Of a DNA stretch of 64,000 nucleotides, positions 1 to 8,479 are shown in pieces. Positions within the stretch are counted from its first letter, which is position 1, and the number at the start of each line of letters is the position of its first letter. Origin of the DNA: an uncultured cyanobacterium (GTDB lineage: Bacteria > Cyanobacteriota > Cyanobacteriia > Cyanobacteriales > CAWCAG01). The notes beneath the pieces are model-generated. The model saw only the letters and a program-made list of their open reading frames with translations. It had not been told where the DNA came from and made no database searches. The stretch covers positions 64,001 through 128,000 of the forward strand of contig CAWCAG010000007.1 in NCBI GenBank assembly GCA_963793425.1. Reading direction: 5' to 3'. The position numbers and the translations under genes are program-made.

Positions 1-2
1 CT

Positions 3-488
3 AGCGAACCAGATCCAGTAAATGCCATTGAGAAAGTTTTGCTCCATCCTCAGCAAAACTCTGCTACTTTGCAGAGTTTGTTTGATAGTTTGCAAAAGAA
101 AGGTTTTGAGTTACGTGGCGATGAAGAGTTAACCAGGAAGTTTCCTCAACAGCTTAAAGTTGCAGCTACATCAGAATGGGGAAATGCTTATTTACGCCCC
201 TGTGTCGCTTTCAAGACCATTGCCAGTTTGGATGAAGGAATTTCTTGGATAAACCGTTACAGTAGTGGTCATGCTAATTGTTTGGTGACTCAATCTTACC
301 CAGAAAGCCGCCAATTTGCTGACAAAATTAACAGCGCCTTAATATATATAAATTCCTCCCCCAGGTTTTATCGCAGTCCTAAGGGAGGAAATTCTGTTTT
401 TCTCGGAATGTCTAACCAACGAGGGCATCGTCGTGGTTTGATTGGCTTAGAAACCTTGACTACTTTAAAACAAGTGGCTCAGGGCTGA
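3..488 (+). CDS. proA: Gamma-glutamyl phosphate reductase-like protein (ProA paralog), 5'-truncated by the window edge
   Basis: Frame open from the window start (SEPDPVNAIEKVLLHP...). C-terminal ProA-like motifs WINRYSSGHA, YINSSPRF and RGLIGLETLT. Confidence 0.75.
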   Translation, partial: SEPDPVNAIEKVLLHPQQNSATLQSLFDSLQKKGFELRGDEELTRKFPQQLKVAATSEWGNAYLRPCVAFKTIASLDEGISWINRYSSGHANCLVTQSYPESRQFADKINSALIYINSSPRFYRSPKGGNSVFLGMSNQRGHRRGLIGLETLTTLKQVAQG

Positions 489-504
489 AAAAACTCAAAG
501 TGAA

Positions 505-1352
505 CTATTGGTTAGCACTAGATGTCTTTAACTTTAGACTTCCTTGAGATGGCAACTTAACTTTGGTGGCTAAACCTAGAATTTGGAATAGCTTGATGGT
601 CATCCAAGTTAAATCAACTTCCCACCACCGCAAGCCGTGACGTGCAGAAGATTGGTAGGCATGGTGATTGTTATGCCACCCTTCGCCGTAGGTAACTAAA
701 GCTACCCACCAGCAGTTACGGGATCGATCGTTAGATTCATAGGTTTGGTAGCCCCATTTGTGGGTAGCGCTATTAACAAACCAAGTGCAGTGAAATACCA
801 CCACTAAACGAACAAAAATACCCCAAATAATAAAAGACCAACCCCCAAAAGCGTAAAGAATTAACCCTAGAACAATTTGGATAGGAATAAAATAGTTTTC
901 AAAAAAACGATAAACCGGGTCATCATAAATATCTTTGGTGAAGCGAGGAATATCTTCTTTTGCTGGGGCATTGTGAAGCATCCAATCCATGTGACTCCAC
1001 CAAAAACCTCGGTGAGAGTTGTGGGGATTTGGGCCGTATCAGAATATTTATGGTGAATACGGTGCATACCAATCCATTCAATTGGACCCCCCTGGCAAGA
1101 TAAAGTACCGCAGAAAATGAGGAAATATTCTAGCCATTTAGGAGTTTGGAAGCTACGGTGAGTAACAAGGCGATGATAGCCCAGAGTGATGCCTAAACCT
1201 CCTGTTATCCAGTGGAATAAAATAGCGATACCAACTGCTTTCCAGCTAAAAAAGCGAGGAAAGAATGCCAACATAGCTACTAGATGAATAGAAGCCATGT
1301 AAGTGATAATTACCCAGTTGAGTGGGGGCTTATTTGAAGTTGCAACAGTCAT
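505..1352 (-). CDS. desC: Delta-9 acyl-lipid desaturase; split by a -1 frameshift near 1027-1030 (probable sequence error)
   Basis: His boxes HRLVTH and HRIHH in the 5' ORF, GEGWHNNHH in the 3' ORF. Adding one base gives the conserved SDTAQ(D/N)PHNSHRGFWWSHMDW. Confidence 0.9.
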
Positions 1353-1463
1353 TTAGTAATCTTTAAATATGCAGTTTGTTTGATGGGGGAAGTGTTAATA
1401 ACCGACATAAAAGTTCGTTTTGTGTTTAATTATTAACACTGAGGTTTTACTATCAACTAACAG

Positions 1464-2696
1464 ATGAACAGCTTAAAGCTGATTGAAAAAGCGCAAGAAA
1501 CACTATTTCCGATTTTTGCTAAGATTGACACTCAGGTCAAGGGAAACCTCCAGAAAGTTTTAGTTGCTTTTCGTCACCATCGCGTGGGAGTGCAACATTT
1601 TGCTAGTGTTAGCGGTTATGGACACGATGATTTAGGAAGGCAAACTTTAGACCGGGTGTTTGCCGAGATTATGGGGGCTGAAGCCGCCGCAGTACGAGTA
1701 CAGTTTGTTTCAGGAACCCATGCCATTGCTTGTGCTTTGTTTGGTGTTCTTCGTCCAGAAGACGAAATGTTAGCTGTGGCTGGCCCTCCCTATGACACCT
1801 TAGAAGAAGTTATTGGTTTAAGAGGTCAAAGTAAAGGGTCTTTAAGGGATTTTAACATTAACTATCGTCAATTACCGTTGACAGAAAAAGGAGAAATTAG
1901 TTGGCAATTACTGGCAAAATCAGTTAGTTCAAAGACCCGTCTGGCCTTGATTCAACGCTCTTGTGGCTATTCTTGGCGACCAAGTTTATCTCTTGATGAG
2001 GTTGAAAAGATTATTCAAGTAATTAAACTACAAAACTCTGATACAGTTTGTTTTGTAGATAATTGCTACGGAGAGTTTATAGAAAGTCGAGAACCAACTC
2101 AAATTGGTGCAGATTTAATAGCAGGTTCTCTCATCAAAAATCCTGGCGGTACAATTGTCAATGCAGGAGGGTATGTAGCAGGAAGGGCCGATTTGGTGGA
2201 AGCGGCTTGTTGTCGTTTGACTGCACCGGGAATAGGTAGTCATGGAGGGGCAACTTTTGGGCAGAATCGCTTACTTTTTCAAGGTCTGTTTCTTGCGCCT
2301 CAAATGGTGGGAGAAGCGATTAAGGGAAGTCATTTAATTGCTTATGTTTTTGATAGTTTGGGCTACCGGGTTAATCCTTCTCCTTTTGCACCGCGTCGAG
2401 ATATTATCCAAGCTATTGAATTAGGTTCACCCCAAAAGTTGATTGCTTTCTGCAAGGCGATTCAACAGCACTCCCCGGTGGATTCCTATGTGGAACCTGT
2501 ACCAGGGGAAATGCCAGGGTATGAGAGTCAGCTAGTTATGGCTGGGGGAACTTTTATTGATGGCAGTACTTCTGAGTTTTCAGCGGATGGGCCATTACGA
2601 GAACCATATATCGCTTTTTGTCAAGGGGGAACTCACTGGACTCATATTGCGATCGCCTTAGAAGCTGCAATTGAGGCAGTTGTCAATGAACAATGA
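1464..2696 (+). CDS. Methionine gamma-lyase family / YnbB-like 'aluminium resistance' PLP-dependent protein
   Basis: Motifs SGYGHDDLGR, FVSGTHAI, FVDNCYGEF, GSLIKNPGG (PLP lysine) and MAGGTFIDGSTSEFSADG. Confidence 0.88.
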   Translation: MNSLKLIEKAQETLFPIFAKIDTQVKGNLQKVLVAFRHHRVGVQHFASVSGYGHDDLGRQTLDRVFAEIMGAEAAAVRVQFVSGTHAIACALFGVLRPEDEMLAVAGPPYDTLEEVIGLRGQSKGSLRDFNINYRQLPLTEKGEISWQLLAKSVSSKTRLALIQRSCGYSWRPSLSLDEVEKIIQVIKLQNSDTVCFVDNCYGEFIESREPTQIGADLIAGSLIKNPGGTIVNAGGYVAGRADLVEAACCRLTAPGIGSHGGATFGQNRLLFQGLFLAPQMVGEAIKGSHLIAYVFDSLGYRVNPSPFAPRRDIIQAIELGSPQKLIAFCKAIQQHSPVDSYVEPVPGEMPGYESQLVMAGGTFIDGSTSEFSADGPLREPYIAFCQGGTHWTHIAIALEAAIEAVVNEQ

Positions 2697-2711
2697 ACAA
2701 TGATCATCTCC

Positions 2712-2767
2712 AAAAAAAATACTCCAGCCAATTAAGACTGGAGTGCAAACATCAAAGTGCATCTGCT
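2712..2767 (-). ncRNA. NsiR1-like small RNA (~56 nt)
   Basis: Minus strand reads AGCAGATGCACTTTGATGTTTGC-ACTCCAGTC-TTAATT-GGCTGGAGT-A-T8. The 5' end resembles the NsiR1 start as recalled (GGTAGATGCACC). It ends in an intrinsic terminator and has a DIF1-like promoter upstream. Confidence 0.65.
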
Positions 2768-2774
2768 ACTTCTT

Positions 2775-2803
2775 TGTTCTTGAAGAATTAGTTTTGATCC
2801 GGA
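2775..2803 (-). promoter_or_regulatory. DIF1-type promoter (TCCGGA at -35, G(T/A)ANA at -10)
   Basis: TCCGGA at 2798-2803, exactly 18 nt, then GAACA (2779-2775), lying 7 nt before the predicted sRNA start. Confidence 0.65.
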
Positions 2804-3052
2804 TAACTTAGTTAAATAGTTGATTTTTGCTTGCGATAAGTAATTTTCTAGTTAATTCATCGCTCTTAAGATATACTTGCCTCAACTAATAACTAATTCT
2901 TAATAAAGTTGACATTAGAACCGAATATTAATTAAGTTTAACTTAATCGAAGTATTACTTTTACTCACGCAAACTACTTTCACTAATTTTCTTATAAATG
3001 CTATTGCTTATTGCCTGTTCTCTAGAGCAGCTTATCAAAGTTGGGTTCAATT

Positions 3053-4633
3053 ATGAATAGTCCTCTAGAAGAACATAAACCTCTTTTTGAACGCAGTCTG
3101 AAAACTATTGCCGGAGTCAGAGTGCTATTTACTGAGGCAGGAGAATTGTTTTCTCATTCCGAGCCAAATTTTACTGCTCTTCAAGAACAGTTAGAAAATC
3201 CTTTTTCTATTTTTGTTTGTGGAGAATTCAACTCTGGTAAATCTAGTCTCCTTAATAAGCTAGGGGAAGAAAAGTTGGCTCAAGTTGGTATTTTGCCAAC
3301 TACAAGTTCTTTAGAGGCATATTACCCAGAAGGATTTGGTGGATTAGTATTTATTGATAGTCCCGGAACTAATTCAATTGTTGAAGAACACCAAGAACAA
3401 ACAGAAAATTATTTACAACGAGCAGATATTATTTTATTTGTTACTTCAATAGAAAGACCTTTAACAAAGTCAGAGCAGGATTTTTTGGGGTTGGTTAATA
3501 ATACTTGGGTACGCCAAGCTATTGTTGCTATTAATAAAGTAGATTTGGCAGAGTCTGAAGAATTAGAGCAAGTTGTTTCTTATGTTCAAGAAGGTTTGCA
3601 AGTAGTATTTTCTCCTGTCCCACCTATTTTCGCGGTTTCAGCACGAACAGGTGATGGTGTTAATAAGTTACGGGACTATTTGTTAGAACTTTTAGTTGAC
3701 AAGGAAAAGGTAAAGTTAAAACTACAAGGGCCGCAACGTTCTTTGTTAGTTTATTTAGAAAAATTAGAGCAGAAAAATCAAGAAACACGGGAGAGACTGC
3801 TAGCAGAAAAGAAAGTTTTTGACCAAACTATTAGACGAATTAAAGAGCGTATTGAGCAGTACGATTTGATTTTCGGTGTTTTTGAAGAAAAAATTGGTGA
3901 TACTTTTAATCGCCTTACTCAACAATTGAATCAAATTATTGATAGTAGTTTAGCCTTTTTGACTTTGATTAGGCAAAGACTAACTAGGGAAGATGATTTA
4001 TTAGAACAAAAGATTGCTAAGGCGATTAAGGATGTGCAGCTAGATCAAGCTATGGATGATATCCTCAAAGAAGCAGCAGCTACTTTGCTTAAGTATCGAG
4101 AACGCATTATTCGAGAAGCTAAAGAAGATTTACAGCTTGCTGCTAGTATTTCTGAAGATTCTTTTTCTATTCCTAGTTTAGAAACAAAAAAGCTCGATGT
4201 TAGTGAAATTTCTGAAAAACTAAAAATTGCCTCACAAAAAGGCTTTAATAACTTTCTTACTTTCGGAACTGCTGCTGCGGCTACGGGTATAGGAGGTCAT
4301 GTGGTGGCAACGGCTGCCCTGTTTGATTTGTCGGCTCTTATTTTAGCTTTGATGTTAACTTTGTTTAGCCTCAATGCTGTGCCGCAGCAGCGGGAAAAAG
4401 CGAAGCAGCAATTAGAAGAAAATATATTTGAGTTAGAAAAAAATTATACCGAAGAGTTACGACAGGGCTTACAAAAAGAACTTGTAGCAAGTTTGGAGCA
4501 ATTTACTGATTCTCTACAACCAAGAATTAACGAGTTGGAAAGTAAAATTGCTGCAAGTCAGAATTTGGAAGATAAAGTTCTAAGTTGGCGACAAGAAATA
4601 AAAGAAATTTTGCAATTAGCAGAGCAGCTTTAA
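3053..4633 (+). CDS. Dynamin-like GTPase with C-terminal hydrophobic segment
   Basis: G1 GEFNSGKSS, G2 LPTT, G3 DSPG and G4 NKVD. Long helical stalk with a hydrophobic hairpin near aa 405-445. ATG at 3053 preferred to TTG at 3041. Confidence 0.85.
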   Translation: MNSPLEEHKPLFERSLKTIAGVRVLFTEAGELFSHSEPNFTALQEQLENPFSIFVCGEFNSGKSSLLNKLGEEKLAQVGILPTTSSLEAYYPEGFGGLVFIDSPGTNSIVEEHQEQTENYLQRADIILFVTSIERPLTKSEQDFLGLVNNTWVRQAIVAINKVDLAESEELEQVVSYVQEGLQVVFSPVPPIFAVSARTGDGVNKLRDYLLELLVDKEKVKLKLQGPQRSLLVYLEKLEQKNQETRERLLAEKKVFDQTIRRIKERIEQYDLIFGVFEEKIGDTFNRLTQQLNQIIDSSLAFLTLIRQRLTREDDLLEQKIAKAIKDVQLDQAMDDILKEAAATLLKYRERIIREAKEDLQLAASISEDSFSIPSLETKKLDVSEISEKLKIASQKGFNNFLTFGTAAAATGIGGHVVATAALFDLSALILALMLTLFSLNAVPQQREKAKQQLEENIFELEKNYTEELRQGLQKELVASLEQFTDSLQPRINELESKIAASQNLEDKVLSWRQEIKEILQLAEQL

Positions 4634-4728
4634 AGTGATGGAATATCTAGTTTGATTCTACCAGAAATATTAATTAAAATTATCAAGATTGGGGGAAATC
4701 TTTTCTTCTTTTTTTGATTTTCAGCCCC

Positions 4729-5658
4729 CTATTGCCTTGTCCGTAGCACTCTCAGTAGTTTGGTAAAATCATCAGGTAAAGGTGCGATCGCTTCTAACCA
4801 TTCTCCAGAAATGGGGTGAAATAAACCTAACTTTTGGGCATGAAGTGCTTGTCCTGAAAGGTTAACTCCCACAGAAACCCCAGAGCCATAAACAGGATCT
4901 CCCACTAAAGGATAACCTGTATGGGTAGCATGGACTCTAATTTGATGAGTACGCCCTGTTTCTAGGCGAAACTTCATTAAGGTATAGTTACCTAATCTTT
5001 CTGTCACTTGCCAGTGAGTTACAGCTTCTCTGGCTCCTTTTTCCAAAGGTAAGACGGACATCTGTTTACGATTGATTAAATGCCGACCAATAGGCAAATC
5101 TATTGTGCCACTATCACCTTTAGGAGAGCCATGAACTACACCAAGATACTCTTTGAGGGCAACTTTATCTTGAATTTGTTTTTGTAGGCTTTGGTGAGCA
5201 ATATCAGTTTTGGCAACCACCAAGACTCCACTTGTATCTTTATCGAGGCGATGAACAATACCAGGACGCTTAACCCCACCGATACTAGCTAAATCATGAC
5301 AATGAAACAATAAAGCATTAACTAGAGTACCATCTTCATGACCGGGGGCAGGATGCACAACTAAACCCGCTGGCTTATTAACAAAAACAATCTCCTCATC
5401 TTCGTAGAGAATATCTAAAGGTATATCTTCCGGTTTTATTTCTAAAACCTCAACGGGAGGAAGATTAACTTGCAGGCGATCGCCCCTTTGAACTAATCTT
5501 TTTTTAGCCTGACAAATTTCTTCATTAACCTCCACACAACCATCAACGATTAACTTTTGTAAGCGAGAACGAGATAAATCAGGCAAGTTTTCCGCTAACC
5601 AACGATCTAAGCGATCGCCATTATCTTTTACTTGTAAGGAAAAATGTTTGCTATCCAT
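4729..5658 (-). CDS. rluD: RluA-family 23S rRNA pseudouridine synthase (RluD type)
   Basis: S4 domain (RLDRWL...SRSRLQKLI), NKPAGLVVHP, catalytic HRLDKDTSG and GRTHQIRVH. ATG at 5658 chosen as start. Confidence 0.9.
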   Translation of the reverse strand: MDSKHFSLQVKDNGDRLDRWLAENLPDLSRSRLQKLIVDGCVEVNEEICQAKKRLVQRGDRLQVNLPPVEVLEIKPEDIPLDILYEDEEIVFVNKPAGLVVHPAPGHEDGTLVNALLFHCHDLASIGGVKRPGIVHRLDKDTSGVLVVAKTDIAHQSLQKQIQDKVALKEYLGVVHGSPKGDSGTIDLPIGRHLINRKQMSVLPLEKGAREAVTHWQVTERLGNYTLMKFRLETGRTHQIRVHATHTGYPLVGDPVYGSGVSVGVNLSGQALHAQKLGLFHPISGEWLEAIAPLPDDFTKLLRVLRTRQ

Positions 5659-5755
5659 TGAGGCAATATAATTAACTAAAATTATGAAATATAACTTCGC
5701 TCGAAACCGATTATCAAAACTTGATATCAACTAGCAAAAACAGGAAATTTTGCTC

Positions 5756-6331
5756 ATGACTACGCTTACATTAAACCTCAATTCTATAACTAAATTGACT
5801 AGGGAAAATTTTTACCAATTATGCCGAGAAAACCCCAATTTAAAATTAGAACGCAATGCCCAAGGAGAGTTAATTATTATGCCCCCCACAGGAGGAGAGA
5901 CAGGAAGAAGTAATTCTGCTGTTAATGCCCAAGTATGGCTTTGGAACAATCAACATAAACTAGGGGAAGTTTTTGATTCTTCAACTGGATTTAGTTTACC
6001 TTCCGGCGCTGATCGCAGCCCAGATGTCTCTTGGGTAGAAAAATCTCGTTGGGAAGCTTTAAGTCAAGAACAAAAAGAGAAGTTTATTCCCCTATGTCCT
6101 GATTTTGTTATTGAAATACTTTCTCCCAATGATAGTTTAAAGAAGACTCAACAGAAGATGCAGGAATATGTAGCAAATGGTTGTCGATTGGGTTGCTTGA
6201 TTAACAGAAAAAGGCAAGAAGTAGAAATTTATCGTCCAGGGCAAGAAGTAGAAGTTTTGATTTCACCTCAAAGTATTTCTGGGGAGAATATATTGCCTGG
6301 ATTAGTTATTAACTTGCAACAAGTTTGGTAA
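5756..6331 (+). CDS. Uma2 family (DUF820) putative endonuclease
   Basis: Motifs LERNAQGELIIMPP, FDSSTGF, SPDVSWV and PDFVIEILSP. Confidence 0.92.
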   Translation: MTTLTLNLNSITKLTRENFYQLCRENPNLKLERNAQGELIIMPPTGGETGRSNSAVNAQVWLWNNQHKLGEVFDSSTGFSLPSGADRSPDVSWVEKSRWEALSQEQKEKFIPLCPDFVIEILSPNDSLKKTQQKMQEYVANGCRLGCLINRKRQEVEIYRPGQEVEVLISPQSISGENILPGLVINLQQVW

Positions 6332-6432
6332 TACTGTTTTTTCTTTAGTCATGTTGGAGATATTCTGGTAGAGGCGAAGGTTTATCTCAACACTTTTGGG
6401 CTTATAAAGCTATATTCAGCGAATTATCACGT

Positions 6433-7239
6433 TCAATCACTTTTTTGGGAGATAACAGACTCTTGTGAAAATTCAATTAGTTTCTTCGCCAAAGTACTAA
6501 TACGCCAACCTGTCGCCGAACTAAATCCAGTACTACGGTCGTATATTAAAGCTAATTGAGATAATCCTTCGCAAGTAATTCGAGTATCTTCTTCTTTCCA
6601 TCCTAATTTTTGAGCTATTTCTTCACCCTTCACAACATATAATTGCTGATTATTTCCCTTATTTTCCTCACGGTCGTTTTTCTCAGCAGTAACAAGACGA
6701 TGTTCTTCATCATAGAGAACTTTTAAAGCTTGCATCTCTTCATTTGACATTTGAGAAACAATACGAAGTAAAGCTTCCTTGTTTTTGTATTTACTGGTCG
6801 GTAAGACGACTGAATTAGCGATAACATTTGCTAAAGTCTTTTGTTTTATTTCCGAAGCAGTTTTCGAAGCTGCTTCTACTGCTTGCACCACTAAAGATAT
6901 GAATTCATCTGATTCTAGAAAATCCTTATCTAGTTTATCTTCATCTAAAGCAATTAATCTCCGTCTTACTCTCTCTTGAAACTTGTTTAATTGGAAAGTT
7001 TGCCAAGTTAGAAATCCTGACCCAATACCAAGAGAAACAGGAACTAAATGTGGAACAAGATTAAGTATTCCTGTTACCGTTGTAATTATTGCACCGCTAA
7101 GCAGTTGACCTTCTATCTGATTTTTCTTAGTCATCTCTTGTCCGTAATGACGCTTGTAATATTTACCTCTAACTCCCTGACTAAAATCATATTCTTCTAA
7201 TATATCAGGGTCATTATTTTGCTTAGACTCCTTGCTCAT
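6433..7239 (-). CDS. BrnA-type antitoxin N-terminal peptide fused to an Abi-alpha/DUF4393-like domain
   Basis: N-terminal EEYDFSQGVRGKY is typical of BrnT-associated antitoxins. The remainder (FLESDEF...AASKTASEIKQKTLANVIANS...LRIVSQMS, then a wHTH-like CEGLSQLALI) resembles Abi-alpha. Overlaps the brnT 3' end by 17 nt. Confidence 0.55.
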   Translation of the reverse strand: MSKESKQNNDPDILEEYDFSQGVRGKYYKRHYGQEMTKKNQIEGQLLSGAIITTVTGILNLVPHLVPVSLGIGSGFLTWQTFQLNKFQERVRRRLIALDEDKLDKDFLESDEFISLVVQAVEAASKTASEIKQKTLANVIANSVVLPTSKYKNKEALLRIVSQMSNEEMQALKVLYDEEHRLVTAEKNDREENKGNNQQLYVVKGEEIAQKLGWKEEDTRITCEGLSQLALIYDRSTGFSSATGWRISTLAKKLIEFSQESVISQKSD

Positions 7240-7504
7240 AAATTTCTCTTTCCCTTTTAGCAGCTTTACGGGCGCTAATAATGCGGATGAAATTTTTCCT
7301 TTCTGTATGAACTACAACTAACACTCGTAACTTTGTCGAATAACCTATATTTATAAAACGTTCTTCATTAAAAGAATGTAGTGGATCATCAATGGTTATC
7401 AAGAAAGGGTCGCTGAAAACCGTAGTTGCCTCTTCAAAAGCAATACCATGCTTTCTAATATTCGTTCTTGCTTTTTCCACATCCCATTCAAATTCTAACG
7501 CCAT
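7223..7504 (-). CDS. brnT: BrnT family toxin (DUF497 ribonuclease)
   Basis: FEWDxxKAxxNxxKHGIxFEEA, DxxHSxxEERF and IRIISARKA. Confidence 0.92.
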   Translation of the reverse strand: MALEFEWDVEKARTNIRKHGIAFEEATTVFSDPFLITIDDPLHSFNEERFINIGYSTKLRVLVVVHTERKNFIRIISARKAAKREREIYEQGV

Positions 7505-7524
7505 CTAAAATAATTGAAAGAAAC

Positions 7525-8340
7525 CTAATTATTGTAGCTGGATAATTGTTCACTAATAACAGAATGCCAACCTCTCGGCCCAGCTTCAGGAGCAACTGTC
7601 CATCCCCTACCTAATAAACCAGGATGAGGCCCTTTATGACCAGGAATAATAAAGGGATGATCAACATTTTCTAACATGGCAATATCGTTAGGACTATTGC
7701 CTAAACCAATAGTAATAATCTTCTCATTGGGAACTGTTTTTTGATACAGCGATTCCAGCTTTTTAACCGCCAATCCTTTACCCGCTTCAGCCCCAATTAA
7801 ATGGGAAAATCTATCTCCCACTACTACTTTAAAACCTTGCTCCTTCACTGCTTCTTCAATCCTTTGAGAACTAACTTCTTTTGGAGTAACAAAAGGTTCT
7901 GTAAATTCCCTAGCCTTTGCCCGTTTAATTGCTTCTGGGGGTAAGCCTGTTAATTGATGCAACTGGTCATCACTTAAGTCCCCGAAACCTTGTAAATTCA
8001 GACCCAAAGCTTCGGCAACAGCTTTTAATCCTGCCCTTGCTTCACCGTAACTCATACCCAACCGCAGTAAATTATAATCTCCCCACTTCTGGTTTGTCTT
8101 TACCTGAAAACGCGGGTCATTTGCTGGTAAAAAAATACCGCTACCATTTTCCACCACAAAAGGGTCAATTATCCCCAACTCTTGCAACAAATCTTCTACT
8201 TCTATGCGGGTTTTACTGGTTACAGGAATTACAGGAATCTTTGCTTGTTTTAACTTCTCCAGCATTGGTAAGGCTGGGGCATAACTATAATCTTCGGAAT
8301 CGAGAAGAGTTCCATCTAAGTCAGTGAAGATGATTAACAT
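7525..8340 (-). CDS. gpgP: Glucosyl/mannosyl-3-phosphoglycerate phosphatase (HAD IIB)
   Basis: HAD motifs FTDLDGTLL, VTSKT, ENG, AREFTEPF and GLGNSPND. Divergent from gpgS. Confidence 0.85.
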   Translation of the reverse strand: MLIIFTDLDGTLLDSEDYSYAPALPMLEKLKQAKIPVIPVTSKTRIEVEDLLQELGIIDPFVVENGSGIFLPANDPRFQVKTNQKWGDYNLLRLGMSYGEARAGLKAVAEALGLNLQGFGDLSDDQLHQLTGLPPEAIKRAKAREFTEPFVTPKEVSSQRIEEAVKEQGFKVVVGDRFSHLIGAEAGKGLAVKKLESLYQKTVPNEKIITIGLGNSPNDIAMLENVDHPFIIPGHKGPHPGLLGRGWTVAPEAGPRGWHSVISEQLSSYNN

Positions 8341-8405
8341 CGGCGAGAGAATTTTCTTTTTTCCTTGTTAGTTTACCTTAAGAGATATTACTAGTTAGAG
8401 AATTT

Positions 8406-8447
8406 GTATCAATGCAAACAGCAAATATTTCGGTAATATTCCATAAT
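8406..8447 (+). promoter_or_regulatory. Putative NtcA-activated (class II) promoter of gpgS
   Basis: tGTA-tcaatgca-AACa (8406-8419; one mismatch to GTA-N8-TAC), exactly 22 nt, then CATAAT (8442-8447). Confidence 0.5.
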
Positions 8448-8479
8448 TAAGGGATCGTATTAGGATCTTATGTAGTTCT

